Below, one piece after another: positions 1 to 9,323 of a stretch of 49,775 nucleotides of DNA. The notes beneath the pieces are model-generated. The model saw only the letters and a program-made list of their open reading frames with translations. It searched no databases and had not been told where the DNA came from. Numbering within the stretch: the first letter of the stretch is position 1; each line of letters opens with the position of its first letter. A program made the position numbers and the translations under genes. Origin of the DNA: an uncultured bacterium (GTDB lineage Bacteria > Bacillota_I > Bacilli_A > RF39 > UBA660); the NCBI GenBank assembly GCA_948433885.1, contig CAOJEC010000004.1, positions 1 through 49,775 on the forward strand, written 5' to 3'.

Positions 1-47
1 CGTATAGTGGACTTTCACCACCTAGTCAAATACCATGCACGGCACAC
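1..47 (-). mobile_element. 5' end of a group II intron (class IIC-like), continuing beyond the window's left edge
   Basis: Minus strand reads GTGTGCCGTGCATGGTATTTGACTAGGTGGTGAAAGTCCACTATACG. This has the GUGYG 5' consensus and the typical domain-I opening (GGTGAAAGTCC). It starts 2 nt after the U-tract of an intrinsic terminator, the known IIC target. Confidence 0.7.
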
Positions 48-86
48 ATAAAAAGAATTTTCTTAGTGCGAAAATTCTCTTTTTTA
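48..86 (-). terminator. Intrinsic terminator of the 84-755 gene
   Basis: Stem AGAATTTTC (54-62) / GAAAATTCT (70-78), 7-nt loop, A/T tracts on both sides. Confidence 0.75.
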
Positions 87-755
87 TTTCTTAAAAATTT
101 TCTTTTTTAATGCATCGAAATCGATTTTTAAATTTGGAAAAGAATCGATCAATCTCTTCAAAAATTTGTTTTCATTACCCAAATTTTCTCTAGCAAATTT
201 TGATATTTCCTCGGTCATATCCTTAGGCATATGTCCGACCATGTCTGTGAACTTGACGATGATACCCAAAGAGACGAACAAATCCGTTATGAATATTGCA
301 AGAAGAACACCCGCGATTACATAGATCATCGTATTGTTTAAAAGCGATAAAATATAAAGTGCTCCCGGAAATAAAACATATACGACTCCTAATCCGAGAA
401 GACCGAAGGGAATTGCCATTTCCAAACATATGCGACCATTGATATTGTATTTTTTTTCTGAATAATCCCACCATCTAGTTTTAAAAAGTTTTTCGAGAAT
501 GTATCCAGCAAAATATTCTAATACAGAACATAATACAATGCTTGCCACGGCTAATATGATAGGGTCATCGGCATAACCATTCAATGTCGTATATAATAAC
601 ACACAGCCCAAACCGTAAAGTGGACAAACAGGACCGATCAAAAATCCTCTATTTACAATCTTTTTGGTGGTCACTATCCCAAAAACCATTTCTAAGCACC
701 AACCACAAAAGGAAAAAACGATAAAACATATAAACAACTTAGATAAATAAAGCAT
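84..755 (-). CDS. Putative ABC transporter permease-like membrane protein (CmpB/DUF1113 type)
   Basis: Motifs GWCLE, NRGFLIGPVCPLYGLG, LEYFAG, RWWDYS, NINGRICL; multiple TM segments. Confidence 0.8.
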   Translation of the reverse strand: MLYLSKLFICFIVFSFCGWCLEMVFGIVTTKKIVNRGFLIGPVCPLYGLGCVLLYTTLNGYADDPIILAVASIVLCSVLEYFAGYILEKLFKTRWWDYSEKKYNINGRICLEMAIPFGLLGLGVVYVLFPGALYILSLLNNTMIYVIAGVLLAIFITDLFVSLGIIVKFTDMVGHMPKDMTEEISKFARENLGNENKFLKRLIDSFPNLKIDFDALKKKIFKK

Positions 756-756
756 T

Positions 757-1251
757 TTAACCTCTCTTCAAAAATCTGAATGTTTTAGCCCAAGTCTCTT
801 TACAAAATACGAAATCCATACTGACACATTTATCTACGATAGTAATGATGTATCCTGTGCTGTACCTAGGTGGTTTGATGTTCAAAGGAAACATGTGTCT
901 CAATATAGCATTCTCAATCTTTGGATTCAAATATTTACCGTAGTACTTTTGAGAATTTTCTAAAGCACATCTAGCATGAGAAAAAGCATGTCTTTTAAAA
1001 AAAGGTAAATCAACAGTGACATCTTGCCAAGGAGTAGTGTATAAATCGTGAAGAACACCTGCAATCGCGGCACTCTTATAATCCATTCTTAGCATCTTCG
1101 CCAACTTGAAAGCTCCCAAAGAAACTCTTATAGAATGTTCATAGACACTCGTATTACCATGATGTCTAAATTTCTTTCTTTTCAAATACTCTTTACTCGT
1201 TATTATAGGTCTTACTATTTTATACCATTCTTTATAATCACGTGGTTTCAT
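757..1251 (-). CDS. HD-domain phosphohydrolase
   Basis: EHSIRVS...LHDLY...RHMFPL...VDK pattern. Start moved to ATG 1251, which follows RBS GAGGGG (ORF track starts at 1299). Confidence 0.8.
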   Translation of the reverse strand: MKPRDYKEWYKIVRPIITSKEYLKRKKFRHHGNTSVYEHSIRVSLGAFKLAKMLRMDYKSAAIAGVLHDLYTTPWQDVTVDLPFFKRHAFSHARCALENSQKYYGKYLNPKIENAILRHMFPLNIKPPRYSTGYIITIVDKCVSMDFVFCKETWAKTFRFLKRG

Positions 1252-1488
1252 ATAAATCCCCTCTTTTCGTATAACATAATAATATATATGTTTTGCCATT
1301 TTGTCAAATTCTTATGTAAATATACCACTCAATATGACGATATTTATCTGATTTTAACATCAAAGAGTCATAATTTATATGATTTAGTATACTATAGTAA
1401 AGAACAACGCAATTGTAAAACAAACATCGAAAGTTATTGTCTAAAAGACGATATTGTAATATAATTTTAAATAGAAAAGGTGAAGTAA

Positions 1489-2220
1489 ATGAACGTAGTA
1501 GATATTATCATCATATTGATATTGCTTATATATATAGGAAAAGGCTTCAAAAATGGAGTTATCAAGGAATCAGTATCATTTTTAGGAGGACTAGGTGTCA
1601 TCATCATAGCATTCCTTCTAAAAAATCCAATTTCGGTATTCATGTATCAGCATTTTCCATTTTTTGAATTTTCGGGTCTTCTATCGGGCATATCCGTACT
1701 GAACATCATAATATACGAACTTGTCGCATTTTTAGTCGTCGCTTCAGTTTTATTGGTAATATATCAACTTCTTTTGAGAGTGACCAATGTACTCGAGACT
1801 ATTTTGAAGATAACTTTTGTCTTCGCTCTACCATCGAAACTTTTAGGAGCTCTAGTCGGTGTGATCGAAGGTATAATCGTCGCCTTTTTATTCATCTTTA
1901 TAAGTGTACAGTTCACTTCGATGAAAACGTTTGTAGATGATAGTAAGTATGGACACAAGTTGCTATCCGACACACCATTTTTGAGTAGTGCAGTAAGTCC
2001 AGCTTATGAATCTATCATAGAAATTTACAAAGTTGCCGATCAATATCAAGGAAACGAAAACAGAGATGAAGCAAACTTGAAGTGTTTGGAAGTACTTTTG
2101 AAATACAAAGTTCTCAAACCTTCCAATGCCGAAGTCCTCGTCGACAAAGGAAAATTGAAAATGCCTGGAGTCGAAGAGGTAATCGACAAATATAAAACTG
2201 TTGATGAGAAAGGAAAATAA
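1489..2220 (+). CDS. cvpA: CvpA-family (colicin V production) membrane protein
   Basis: N-terminal VDIIIILILL..GKGFKNGVIKE and SKLLGALVGVIEG motifs; 4 TM helices. Confidence 0.75.
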   Translation: MNVVDIIIILILLIYIGKGFKNGVIKESVSFLGGLGVIIIAFLLKNPISVFMYQHFPFFEFSGLLSGISVLNIIIYELVAFLVVASVLLVIYQLLLRVTNVLETILKITFVFALPSKLLGALVGVIEGIIVAFLFIFISVQFTSMKTFVDDSKYGHKLLSDTPFLSSAVSPAYESIIEIYKVADQYQGNENRDEANLKCLEVLLKYKVLKPSNAEVLVDKGKLKMPGVEEVIDKYKTVDEKGK

Positions 2221-2222
2221 AT

Positions 2223-2519
2223 ATGATTAAACATTTAGAAAACGCAGCGGATTTTGAAAGTTTGACTAAAGAAAGATGCTTAGTGGATTTTTATGCCGAT
2301 TGGTGTGGACCATGTAAAATGATGGGAGCTCTTTTAGAAGAATTAGAGAGTAAACTTAGTATTCCTGTCATAAAAGTTAACACCGATAAATTCAATGAAC
2401 TATCTGCCAAGATGGGTATAATGAGCATTCCGACTTTGATCGTCATGGAAAACTCTAAAGAAGTCAAAAAAAACATCGGATTCATGTCTAAAGACGATCT
2501 AATAGAATTTATAAAATAG
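2223..2519 (+). CDS. trxA: Thioredoxin
   Basis: DFYADWCGPCK active site; cis-Pro motif SIPTL. Confidence 0.92.
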   Translation: MIKHLENAADFESLTKERCLVDFYADWCGPCKMMGALLEELESKLSIPVIKVNTDKFNELSAKMGIMSIPTLIVMENSKEVKKNIGFMSKDDLIEFIK

Positions 2520-2541
2520 ACCTTTAAATGGGTCTTTTTTT
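2518..2541 (+). terminator. Intrinsic terminator after trxA
   Basis: AGACC-loop-GGTCT followed by a T tract. Confidence 0.6.
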
Positions 2542-2565
2542 GTCCCCCTGGGAGTTATGTCAATA

Positions 2566-2612
2566 TTTGGTACACATTTCCTTTCAACACCCCCTCACTT
2601 TTGTGTACCAAA
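2566..2612. repeat. 11-bp perfect inverted repeat, 25-bp spacer
   Basis: TTTGGTACACA (2566-2576) / TGTGTACCAAA (2602-2612). Confidence 0.7.
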
Positions 2613-2628
2613 AATATTCTAACACCCC

Positions 2629-2659
2629 TTGACAAGTTGGTTCGGGGGGGGGGTATAAT
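2629..2659 (+). promoter_or_regulatory. Consensus sigma70 promoter with poly-G (G10) tract in the spacer
   Basis: TTGACA 2629-2634, TATAAT 2654-2659, 19-bp spacer containing G10 (2644-2653). Confidence 0.85.
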
Positions 2660-2789
2660 CTTGAGTAGATGATACAGTAGGCAAGATAATCGAATCGAAA
2701 AAGATGTTTTTTTAAAAAGGTACTACTTATAAAGTCAACTCGCCGTGGTCGTCAAGCTTTTTGTGTGTCTAAAAATGAGGAGTGATAAA

Positions 2790-4229
2790 ATGAATTTGAA
2801 AACGAAAAAAATGATATGTTTGCTAATCGCGATCGCATCGGTACTGACGATCGTAGGAAGTGTATCTTATGCATACTTCACTGCAATTGGAGAAGTAAGT
2901 CCTTTAGATGCTAAATTGGATACAGCTAATGTAAGTGTTACATTTAGAGACAACGATTTGGGATTGAGTGCTATATTGAACTTAGACGAATCGGTGACAA
3001 AGAAGTTCACTATCGAAAATACAGGGACAGTCGATGCTTCAGTTAAAATGTACTTCGATGAGATGATCAATACATATACCGAAGGGAGTTTGACATATAC
3101 GCTTTTCTACAGTGAAACAGGCGAAGAACCTTACACCGAAGTAGTAAGTACCAAAAATGTACCAGTAAGTTCTGCGAGAGTGAGAAAGACACTAGCTAAT
3201 GAACTCGTTATTCCATTAGGTAAAACATATTACTATTACCTGGAAGTGACTTTCAATCACTTAAAAGACGAGAACCAGGATAAAGACTTAGAAGCCATAT
3301 TCAATACAAAATTCAAAGTAGTAGATATCAAAGAAACCGAAAAGCGAACTTTAGTCTTCGATGCAGGAGAAGGAACCGTCGACATGGAAAATCTCACAGT
3401 AATAGACGGAGAACCGTATGGAGATTTACCTGAAGCCGCGATGTATGGATACAATTTCTTGGGATGGTTCACTGCAAGAGAAGGTGGAGTACAAATAACT
3501 TCGGATACGGTAGTCAATCTAACAAGTAGTCAAAATCTTTATGCTAAATTCGAACCTAAAATAATAAACGTCACACTAGATGCTAGAGGTGGTTACTTTG
3601 ATAACGATCAAAATATTCATACAAAAGTTATTCAAGTAAGATATGGAGACACTTACGGAGAACTCCCGGTTGTTAAAGGAGTACCGGCAGGAGAGTGTAT
3701 CTCCGACTCTAAAGGATGGTCATTGACTAAGCTTGAAAAAGACCTAATTCAAGCTGATACGAAAATAACAATTGCAGAAGATCATATTTTGTACGCCTAT
3801 GCTCCTATATGTTTATGTTTCTTAAAAGGAACATTAATTTACACACCAAATGGATATGTACCTATAGAAAACTTAAAAGTAGGCGAAGAAGTATATTCGT
3901 ATAATGAGAAGACAAAAGAAATAGAAATATCAAAATTGACTCATGTCTTCACAAGGCAAGTCACAAACTATTTGAAAGTTACATTAAAAACAGGAACAGT
4001 TATATATGTGACACCTGAACATCCTTTCTACGACAAAAAAACTGAAACATGGAAACCTATAAAAACATTCAAAGTTGGAGATAAATTAATGGACGAAGAA
4101 GGAAATGAAGTAGAAATATTCTCTATAGAGGAGAAAAACGAAGAAGTGACAGTATACAACTTAGAAGTCGATGGTAATCACGATTATTTCGTTTCAAAAG
4201 ATAACATATTAGTTCACAATAAATTCTGA
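2790..4229 (+). CDS. Secreted protein: SipW/TasA-type signal peptide, two InlB B (Listeria-Bacteroides) repeats, C-terminal Hint (intein-like/PT-HINT) domain
   Basis: RBS AGGAG before ATG 2790; signal ending SYAYFT. Repeats TLVFDAGEG..YGDLP..GYNFLGWF..LYAKF. Hint runs from CFLKGT through VTPEHPF and VYNLEV..HDYFV to ILVHN-KF-stop. Confidence 0.85.
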   Translation: MNLKTKKMICLLIAIASVLTIVGSVSYAYFTAIGEVSPLDAKLDTANVSVTFRDNDLGLSAILNLDESVTKKFTIENTGTVDASVKMYFDEMINTYTEGSLTYTLFYSETGEEPYTEVVSTKNVPVSSARVRKTLANELVIPLGKTYYYYLEVTFNHLKDENQDKDLEAIFNTKFKVVDIKETEKRTLVFDAGEGTVDMENLTVIDGEPYGDLPEAAMYGYNFLGWFTAREGGVQITSDTVVNLTSSQNLYAKFEPKIINVTLDARGGYFDNDQNIHTKVIQVRYGDTYGELPVVKGVPAGECISDSKGWSLTKLEKDLIQADTKITIAEDHILYAYAPICLCFLKGTLIYTPNGYVPIENLKVGEEVYSYNEKTKEIEISKLTHVFTRQVTNYLKVTLKTGTVIYVTPEHPFYDKKTETWKPIKTFKVGDKLMDEEGNEVEIFSIEEKNEEVTVYNLEVDGNHDYFVSKDNILVHNKF

Positions 4230-4262
4230 CCGCTCTAAATTGGTAAACTCACAATTCAGAAG

Positions 4263-4301
4263 AAAAACTTTAGGTATGTTAATGAAACCTAGAGTTTTTT
4301 T
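4263..4301 (+). terminator. Intrinsic terminator after the Hint gene
   Basis: AAAAACTTTAGGT / ACCTAGAGTTTTT stem with T tract. Confidence 0.65.
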
Positions 4302-4425
4302 ATTTTCAAATTTATCGAGTTTTTATGAAAATACACACAAATTAATTAAAGAATTTAAAGATGACAAATTGACTTTTTCTAAAGGCATATGCTATAATCG
4401 TTATTAGAATAGTGAGTGGGTCTAA

Positions 4426-5694
4426 ATGAAGAGAAAAGTAGTGTTAATCATCGCAATCATGCTCAGTTTTATATCTTTTGAAAACATAAGTGCTTGTGGT
4501 GAAATCAAAGAATTACATTCGTCAGTAGGAACAGTAAGTACGATAGGTGAAACAAAATACTTGGTAACTGTACCGAAAGGAACAAACGAAGTAACGCTGA
4601 CTGGTACGACCGACTATATTTGGGTTAAGGGTTACGAACCGAGAACTGTATCTACTAAAAATGGAACAGTCGAACTGAAAGTAGACGGCAATGCTTGTGG
4701 ATTCGGAACATACACATATTTTGTATCTTTCAAAGAAGAATCCGACATTATCGCCGACAACGAAGTCGAGCAACAAGATCCAGCACCTACCGACCAAGAA
4801 CCGGATCCTGCTCCAAGTGAACCAATCGACTATGGAGTTTTAGTACTCTCAAACTTAAAAATAAGTGGTGTCGACATTGCTTTCAATCCGGAGACACGTA
4901 TTTACGATATAGAAATAATCGATACTATAAGTAAATTAGACATCACTCCGACCACTCAAGACTCTTCTGTTACTGTAGAAATTTCTAGCAATGTAAACGA
5001 CTTAAAAAAAGGAATGAATACAGTTACAATTAAACTATCGGACCCCTATGGAAACACAGGTCTCTATGTATTGAACGTCAATAAAGTACAAAAAAAATCT
5101 TCAAATAACTTTTTAGCAGGACTTACCATCGAAAAATATCAATTGAATTTCGATCCATCAGTAACGGAATATACTGTAGAAATAGGAAAAGAATCCGTTT
5201 TGAATATCTCAGCAATCACCGAAAGTGAACTAGCTTCCTATGTAATTCTTGGAAACACTAACATTTCAGATGGTGATACTATTACAGTTCGTGTCACCGC
5301 GGAGAATGGCGAAACGAAAGACTACGTAATTACAGTAAAGAGAAAATTTAACATAATGGATTATTGGATTTTCATCGTCATCGGACTACTGTTATTCTTA
5401 TTGCTACTCGTATTTACGATTTCTAAAAACAAGAAAAATAAGAAAAAGATGGGACCAGAAACGATCCAAGGAGAAAACAATACAGCAGGAGTCATCCAAG
5501 ACGTAGGATCTCAAAATCAAAACTCTATACAAACCGAAGTTTTCTCACAAGACGGCATCCAAATGGCTCCGACGACTAGTACTCCAGGTACTTTAAGAAT
5601 AATAGAACCTACTAATTTGGATACACAACCTGTCAACAATGAAAATTCAGCAGTAGACGAGGACAAAAGTCCGACTGAAATATTTCAATTGTAA
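4426..5694 (+). CDS. Surface protein with cadherin-like beta-sandwich repeats and C-terminal TM anchor
   Basis: Signal peptide; repeats LSNLKISG..FNPETRIY and LAGLTIE..FDPSVTEY..VTAENGETKDYVITV; TM at WIFIVIGLLLFLLLLVF. Confidence 0.75.
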   Translation: MKRKVVLIIAIMLSFISFENISACGEIKELHSSVGTVSTIGETKYLVTVPKGTNEVTLTGTTDYIWVKGYEPRTVSTKNGTVELKVDGNACGFGTYTYFVSFKEESDIIADNEVEQQDPAPTDQEPDPAPSEPIDYGVLVLSNLKISGVDIAFNPETRIYDIEIIDTISKLDITPTTQDSSVTVEISSNVNDLKKGMNTVTIKLSDPYGNTGLYVLNVNKVQKKSSNNFLAGLTIEKYQLNFDPSVTEYTVEIGKESVLNISAITESELASYVILGNTNISDGDTITVRVTAENGETKDYVITVKRKFNIMDYWIFIVIGLLLFLLLLVFTISKNKKNKKKMGPETIQGENNTAGVIQDVGSQNQNSIQTEVFSQDGIQMAPTTSTPGTLRIIEPTNLDTQPVNNENSAVDEDKSPTEIFQL

Positions 5695-5710
5695 TCATTG
5701 TAAATATACT

Positions 5711-5741
5711 GACACCAAAACCAATTCGGTGTCTTTTTTTT
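5711..5741 (+). terminator. Intrinsic terminator
   Basis: GACACC / GGTGTC stem plus T8. Confidence 0.65.
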
Positions 5742-5786
5742 GATAAGAAGTAAGATATATGTTAAAATGTAAATAGGTGAAACGAA

Positions 5787-6566
5787 ATGGAAGAACGTCT
5801 ACAAAAAATTATAGCCCAAAGTGGATACACATCTAGAAGAAAAGCAGAAGAATTGATCACGAAAGGAAAAGTCTCCGTAAACGGCAAAGTCGTTCGCGAA
5901 CTCGGTACGAAAGTCAAACCATCGGACGAGATATTGGTCGAAGGCAACATCATCTCGAATGAACCAAAAGAATACTACCTTTTGAACAAACCGCGTGAAA
6001 CTATCAGTTCGGCAAGTGACGATTTAGGAAGAAAGACGATCGTAGATATCATCGAAACCAATGCACGCATTTTCCCTGTAGGTAGATTGGACTACGATAC
6101 AACAGGATTGATTTTGCTCACAAATGACGGCGATCTTACGAATATTTTGACACATCCAAATTCTAGAGTACCAAAAACTTACCTTGCCAAGTTGGATAAA
6201 GTAATCACGATGGAACACTTCTTTTCAATCAAAAACGGTCTAGAGATCGAAGGAAGAAAAGTAGGAGTTAGTCATATCAAAATTAAAAAGAAGGACGAAA
6301 AAAAAGGAACCTGCTTTGTCGAATTGACAATAACCGAAGGTAGAAATCACATAATAAAAAAGTTGTTCGCAAAACTCGGCTACGACGTAACTAAATTGAC
6401 GAGAACACATTATGCATTTTTGGATCTCTCTTCACTTCTAAGTGGAGAATATAGAACATTGACAAAAAGAGAAATAGTGGAACTATATAAATACGAGGAG
6501 GTTGGAAGACATGACCGTAAAAATCGAAAAAATGGATCATCGAGGTCGCGGAATAGGTTATCATGA
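5787..6566 (+). CDS. rluB: rRNA pseudouridine synthase (RluB/RsuA family)
   Basis: S4 domain ERLQKIIAQSGYTSRRKAEELI; catalytic GRLDYDTTG; EGRNH. Confidence 0.9.
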   Translation: MEERLQKIIAQSGYTSRRKAEELITKGKVSVNGKVVRELGTKVKPSDEILVEGNIISNEPKEYYLLNKPRETISSASDDLGRKTIVDIIETNARIFPVGRLDYDTTGLILLTNDGDLTNILTHPNSRVPKTYLAKLDKVITMEHFFSIKNGLEIEGRKVGVSHIKIKKKDEKKGTCFVELTITEGRNHIIKKLFAKLGYDVTKLTRTHYAFLDLSSLLSGEYRTLTKREIVELYKYEEVGRHDRKNRKNGSSRSRNRLS

Positions 6567-7710
6567 TGGAAAAATCACTTTTGTAGAAAACGCTTTACCC
6601 GACGAAGAAGTAGAAATTTCAGTCGTCAAAGAGACAGCAAAGTACAAAGAAGCAGCAGTTGTAAATTTCATATCCAAATCTTCCACTCGCACGAAGAGTA
6701 AATGTCCTTACTACGAAGAATGTGGAGGTTGTCATTTGAGGCACATGTCTTATGACGATACTTTAAAATTTAAGAAAAATAAGCTGATCGAAATTCTTTC
6801 GAAATATGCCGGAATCGAAACCGAAATAGAAATGATCAAAAACAAAAATCGAGATTTTTATCGTAATAAAGTAGAAATTCATATCGAAAACGGCAAAGCG
6901 GGATTTTACAAAAAAGGCAGTCATGAAATCGTCGAAACGGATAGATGCTTGAATGTCGAAGAGGCTATAAACACTGTCATGCGCTCGTTGGACTTTTTTC
7001 ATCTCACCGAAGCGAACATGACTATAAAAGCCAATTACAATGGTGAAGTCATCATCGATATAAAGACTGAAGAAACTCCCGAAATCGAAATAGAAGTGCT
7101 ACGTAACAAAATGAAACTCGTCGGCATTATTTTGAATGGACAAACCATATTCGGAGCAGACCATTACATTGAGGTTTTAGAGGGAATGCTATTCAAAGAA
7201 ACTTACAATTCGTTCTTTCAAGTTAATAGATATATCAATGAACAGTTATTCGAAATATTGAAAAAACACCTAAGAGAAGATGCGACAGTTCTCGACCTGT
7301 GCTGTGGAGTAGGGACCCTCTCGCTCATCGCCGCATCTAAAACAAAAAAAGTGTATGGTATCGAAATAGTCGAAAATGCCATACGCGATGCTATCGTAAA
7401 TGCTCGCATGAACAAAATCGACAATGTCGAATTCATGTTGGGAGATGCCTTTAAAAATGCCAAGATGATCTCCGAAGATATAGATACAGTGATCATAGAT
7501 CCTCCTAGAAGTGGATTATCCCCTGAAGGTTTAGAAAATGTATTATCTTTGAATCCGAATTCGATTATCTACATATCATGCGATCCTGTCACATTGAGTA
7601 GAGATTTAAAAGAATTGATTAAAAATTATTCTATACAAAAATTTTATCTTTTAGATATGTTCAGCTATACCTATCACACAGAATGTGTGTGCATTTTAAA
7701 TAGGCGATAA
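6511..7710 (+). CDS. rlmD: 23S rRNA (uracil-5)-methyltransferase RlmD/RumA
   Basis: TRAM domain, CPYYEECGGC Fe-S motif, SFFQVN, LDLCCGVG, IIDPPRSG, YISCDP, HTECV. ATG 6511 follows GAGGAGG. Confidence 0.9.
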   Translation: MTVKIEKMDHRGRGIGYHDGKITFVENALPDEEVEISVVKETAKYKEAAVVNFISKSSTRTKSKCPYYEECGGCHLRHMSYDDTLKFKKNKLIEILSKYAGIETEIEMIKNKNRDFYRNKVEIHIENGKAGFYKKGSHEIVETDRCLNVEEAINTVMRSLDFFHLTEANMTIKANYNGEVIIDIKTEETPEIEIEVLRNKMKLVGIILNGQTIFGADHYIEVLEGMLFKETYNSFFQVNRYINEQLFEILKKHLREDATVLDLCCGVGTLSLIAASKTKKVYGIEIVENAIRDAIVNARMNKIDNVEFMLGDAFKNAKMISEDIDTVIIDPPRSGLSPEGLENVLSLNPNSIIYISCDPVTLSRDLKELIKNYSIQKFYLLDMFSYTYHTECVCILNRR

Positions 7711-7891
7711 ATTCTTATAAAACAAAAAATATTATAAAGGCTGTCTATGGAGAATATGTTTCATCATACCAACCTAACTAGTATGTGATGTGTAATTGAA
7801 ATTTGTAGTAAGGAGCAGATTGCAACGAAGAAAATAAATTAAAATTAGACTAAGCAGAAAAGGTAATTCATTATAAACGAAGGGAAAGTAA

Positions 7892-8494
7892 ATGAACAAA
7901 TATAGAATTAGATTTAAACAAAGCGATTATCATTTAGGCGAAATAGATAAGTTAGATAACGCAAATTGGTGTATAGAAAAATATGGATGTGGACCAACTT
8001 CTATAGCAAACATTTTAGTTAATTTAGGTTTTGATATTGACCCTATATGTGTAACTAAAAAGATTTTATTTGACAATGATGGGAACTTTGATGATACCTA
8101 TCTTAGAAATAAGGGAATAAATGAAAAAGGTATATTATATTGTCTTGATAGATTGATTAAGGAAGAAAATTATAATATAACATATGAAGTAGTTAAGATA
8201 AATTTTGATAATCCAAATGAACAAAAAAATAAAATTATAAACTTACTTAAACAAGGATATATGGCTATTATTCATGTAGGACCTTCAGAAAGAAGTCCAC
8301 TAACTTTTTCAAAAAATGGACACTATTTAGTAATTAGTGATATAGACGAAAATAATAAATTTTACGTAATTAACTCTAATAAAATTGGTGACGAACAAAT
8401 TGGTAAAGCGTTTGAGTATGATGAAATTATAAAAAACATTTATGGAAGAAAAGATTCTTTTAATTTTTTATTCATAGAAAAAATAATAAAATGA
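7892..8494 (+). CDS. Papain-like C39 peptidase-family protein
   Basis: GCGPTSIANIL (catalytic Cys), GHYLVI (His), INSN; AT-rich codon usage unlike flanks. Confidence 0.65.
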   Translation: MNKYRIRFKQSDYHLGEIDKLDNANWCIEKYGCGPTSIANILVNLGFDIDPICVTKKILFDNDGNFDDTYLRNKGINEKGILYCLDRLIKEENYNITYEVVKINFDNPNEQKNKIINLLKQGYMAIIHVGPSERSPLTFSKNGHYLVISDIDENNKFYVINSNKIGDEQIGKAFEYDEIIKNIYGRKDSFNFLFIEKIIK

Positions 8495-8820
8495 CATAGT
8501 CAGTTATAACTAAATATATATAATCTAATTTATTCATAATTTACCTTCTAGTCACGTTGAATGTGTATGTGCGCTAAATAAAAGAAAAGTAAATAACATA
8601 TTTTTAACTGATTGTAGTGATCAGTTTTTTAATACTCGATTTACAAAAACACTCAATGAAAATTGACCTTTTTGTGTAATCATGTTAGTATGAAGTAGGG
8701 TAATTGGAATAAGATAACGCATTAGAAAGCATATTTAAATTTTTAGGAAGAGCGACAATCGATGTAAGTATGTAAAAAATAATTATATTATGAAATTTTT
8801 GTAAAGGGGGAAATAACTAA

Positions 8821-9218
8821 ATGAAAAATGAAATAATAGAAAAATATAATTCAGAATTGATAATATATGAAACAAAAGATGGAAAAATAAAACTAGATGT
8901 CAATTTAGAAAATGAAACAGTTTGGTTATCACTAGAACAAATGACAAGATTGTTCGGAAGAGATAAATCTGAAATTCTAGACATATAAAAAATATATTTG
9001 AAGAAGGTGAACTAGAAAGAAATGATTCAACAATTGCAAATTTTGCAACAGTTCAAAAAGAAGGAATTAGAGAAGTTGAAAGAAATATCGATTATTATAA
9101 TTAAGACGTAGTAATAAGTGTCGGATATCGTGTAAAATCTTTAGAAGGAGTAAGGTTTAGAAAATGGGCAACTGCTAGAATTAAGGAATTTTTTGCAGAA
9201 AAATTAAATAAAGATTAA
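8821..9218 (+). pseudogene. rhuM: Disrupted RhuM (virulence RhuM-family) gene
   Basis: Reads IIYETKDGKIKLDV..ETVWLS..LFGRDKS, then a 1-nt deletion near 8986, then HIKNIFEEGEL...YN*DVVISVGYRVKS (TAA where Leu is expected)...WAT. Truncated. Confidence 0.8.
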
Positions 9219-9323
9219 TTCATTGTCGTGTATAAATAAAATAAAAAAATTAATTTATCATTTGTTAAATGTAATATATGCAATTACTGCTAAATTGAGA
9301 ATACTAAATAAAAACAAAAGAAC

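Noticed and set aside
6502-6566. Long rluB/rlmD overlap as a special feature
   Set aside because: The rluB tail is a low-information extension over the next gene's start; such overlaps are common and show no further signal.
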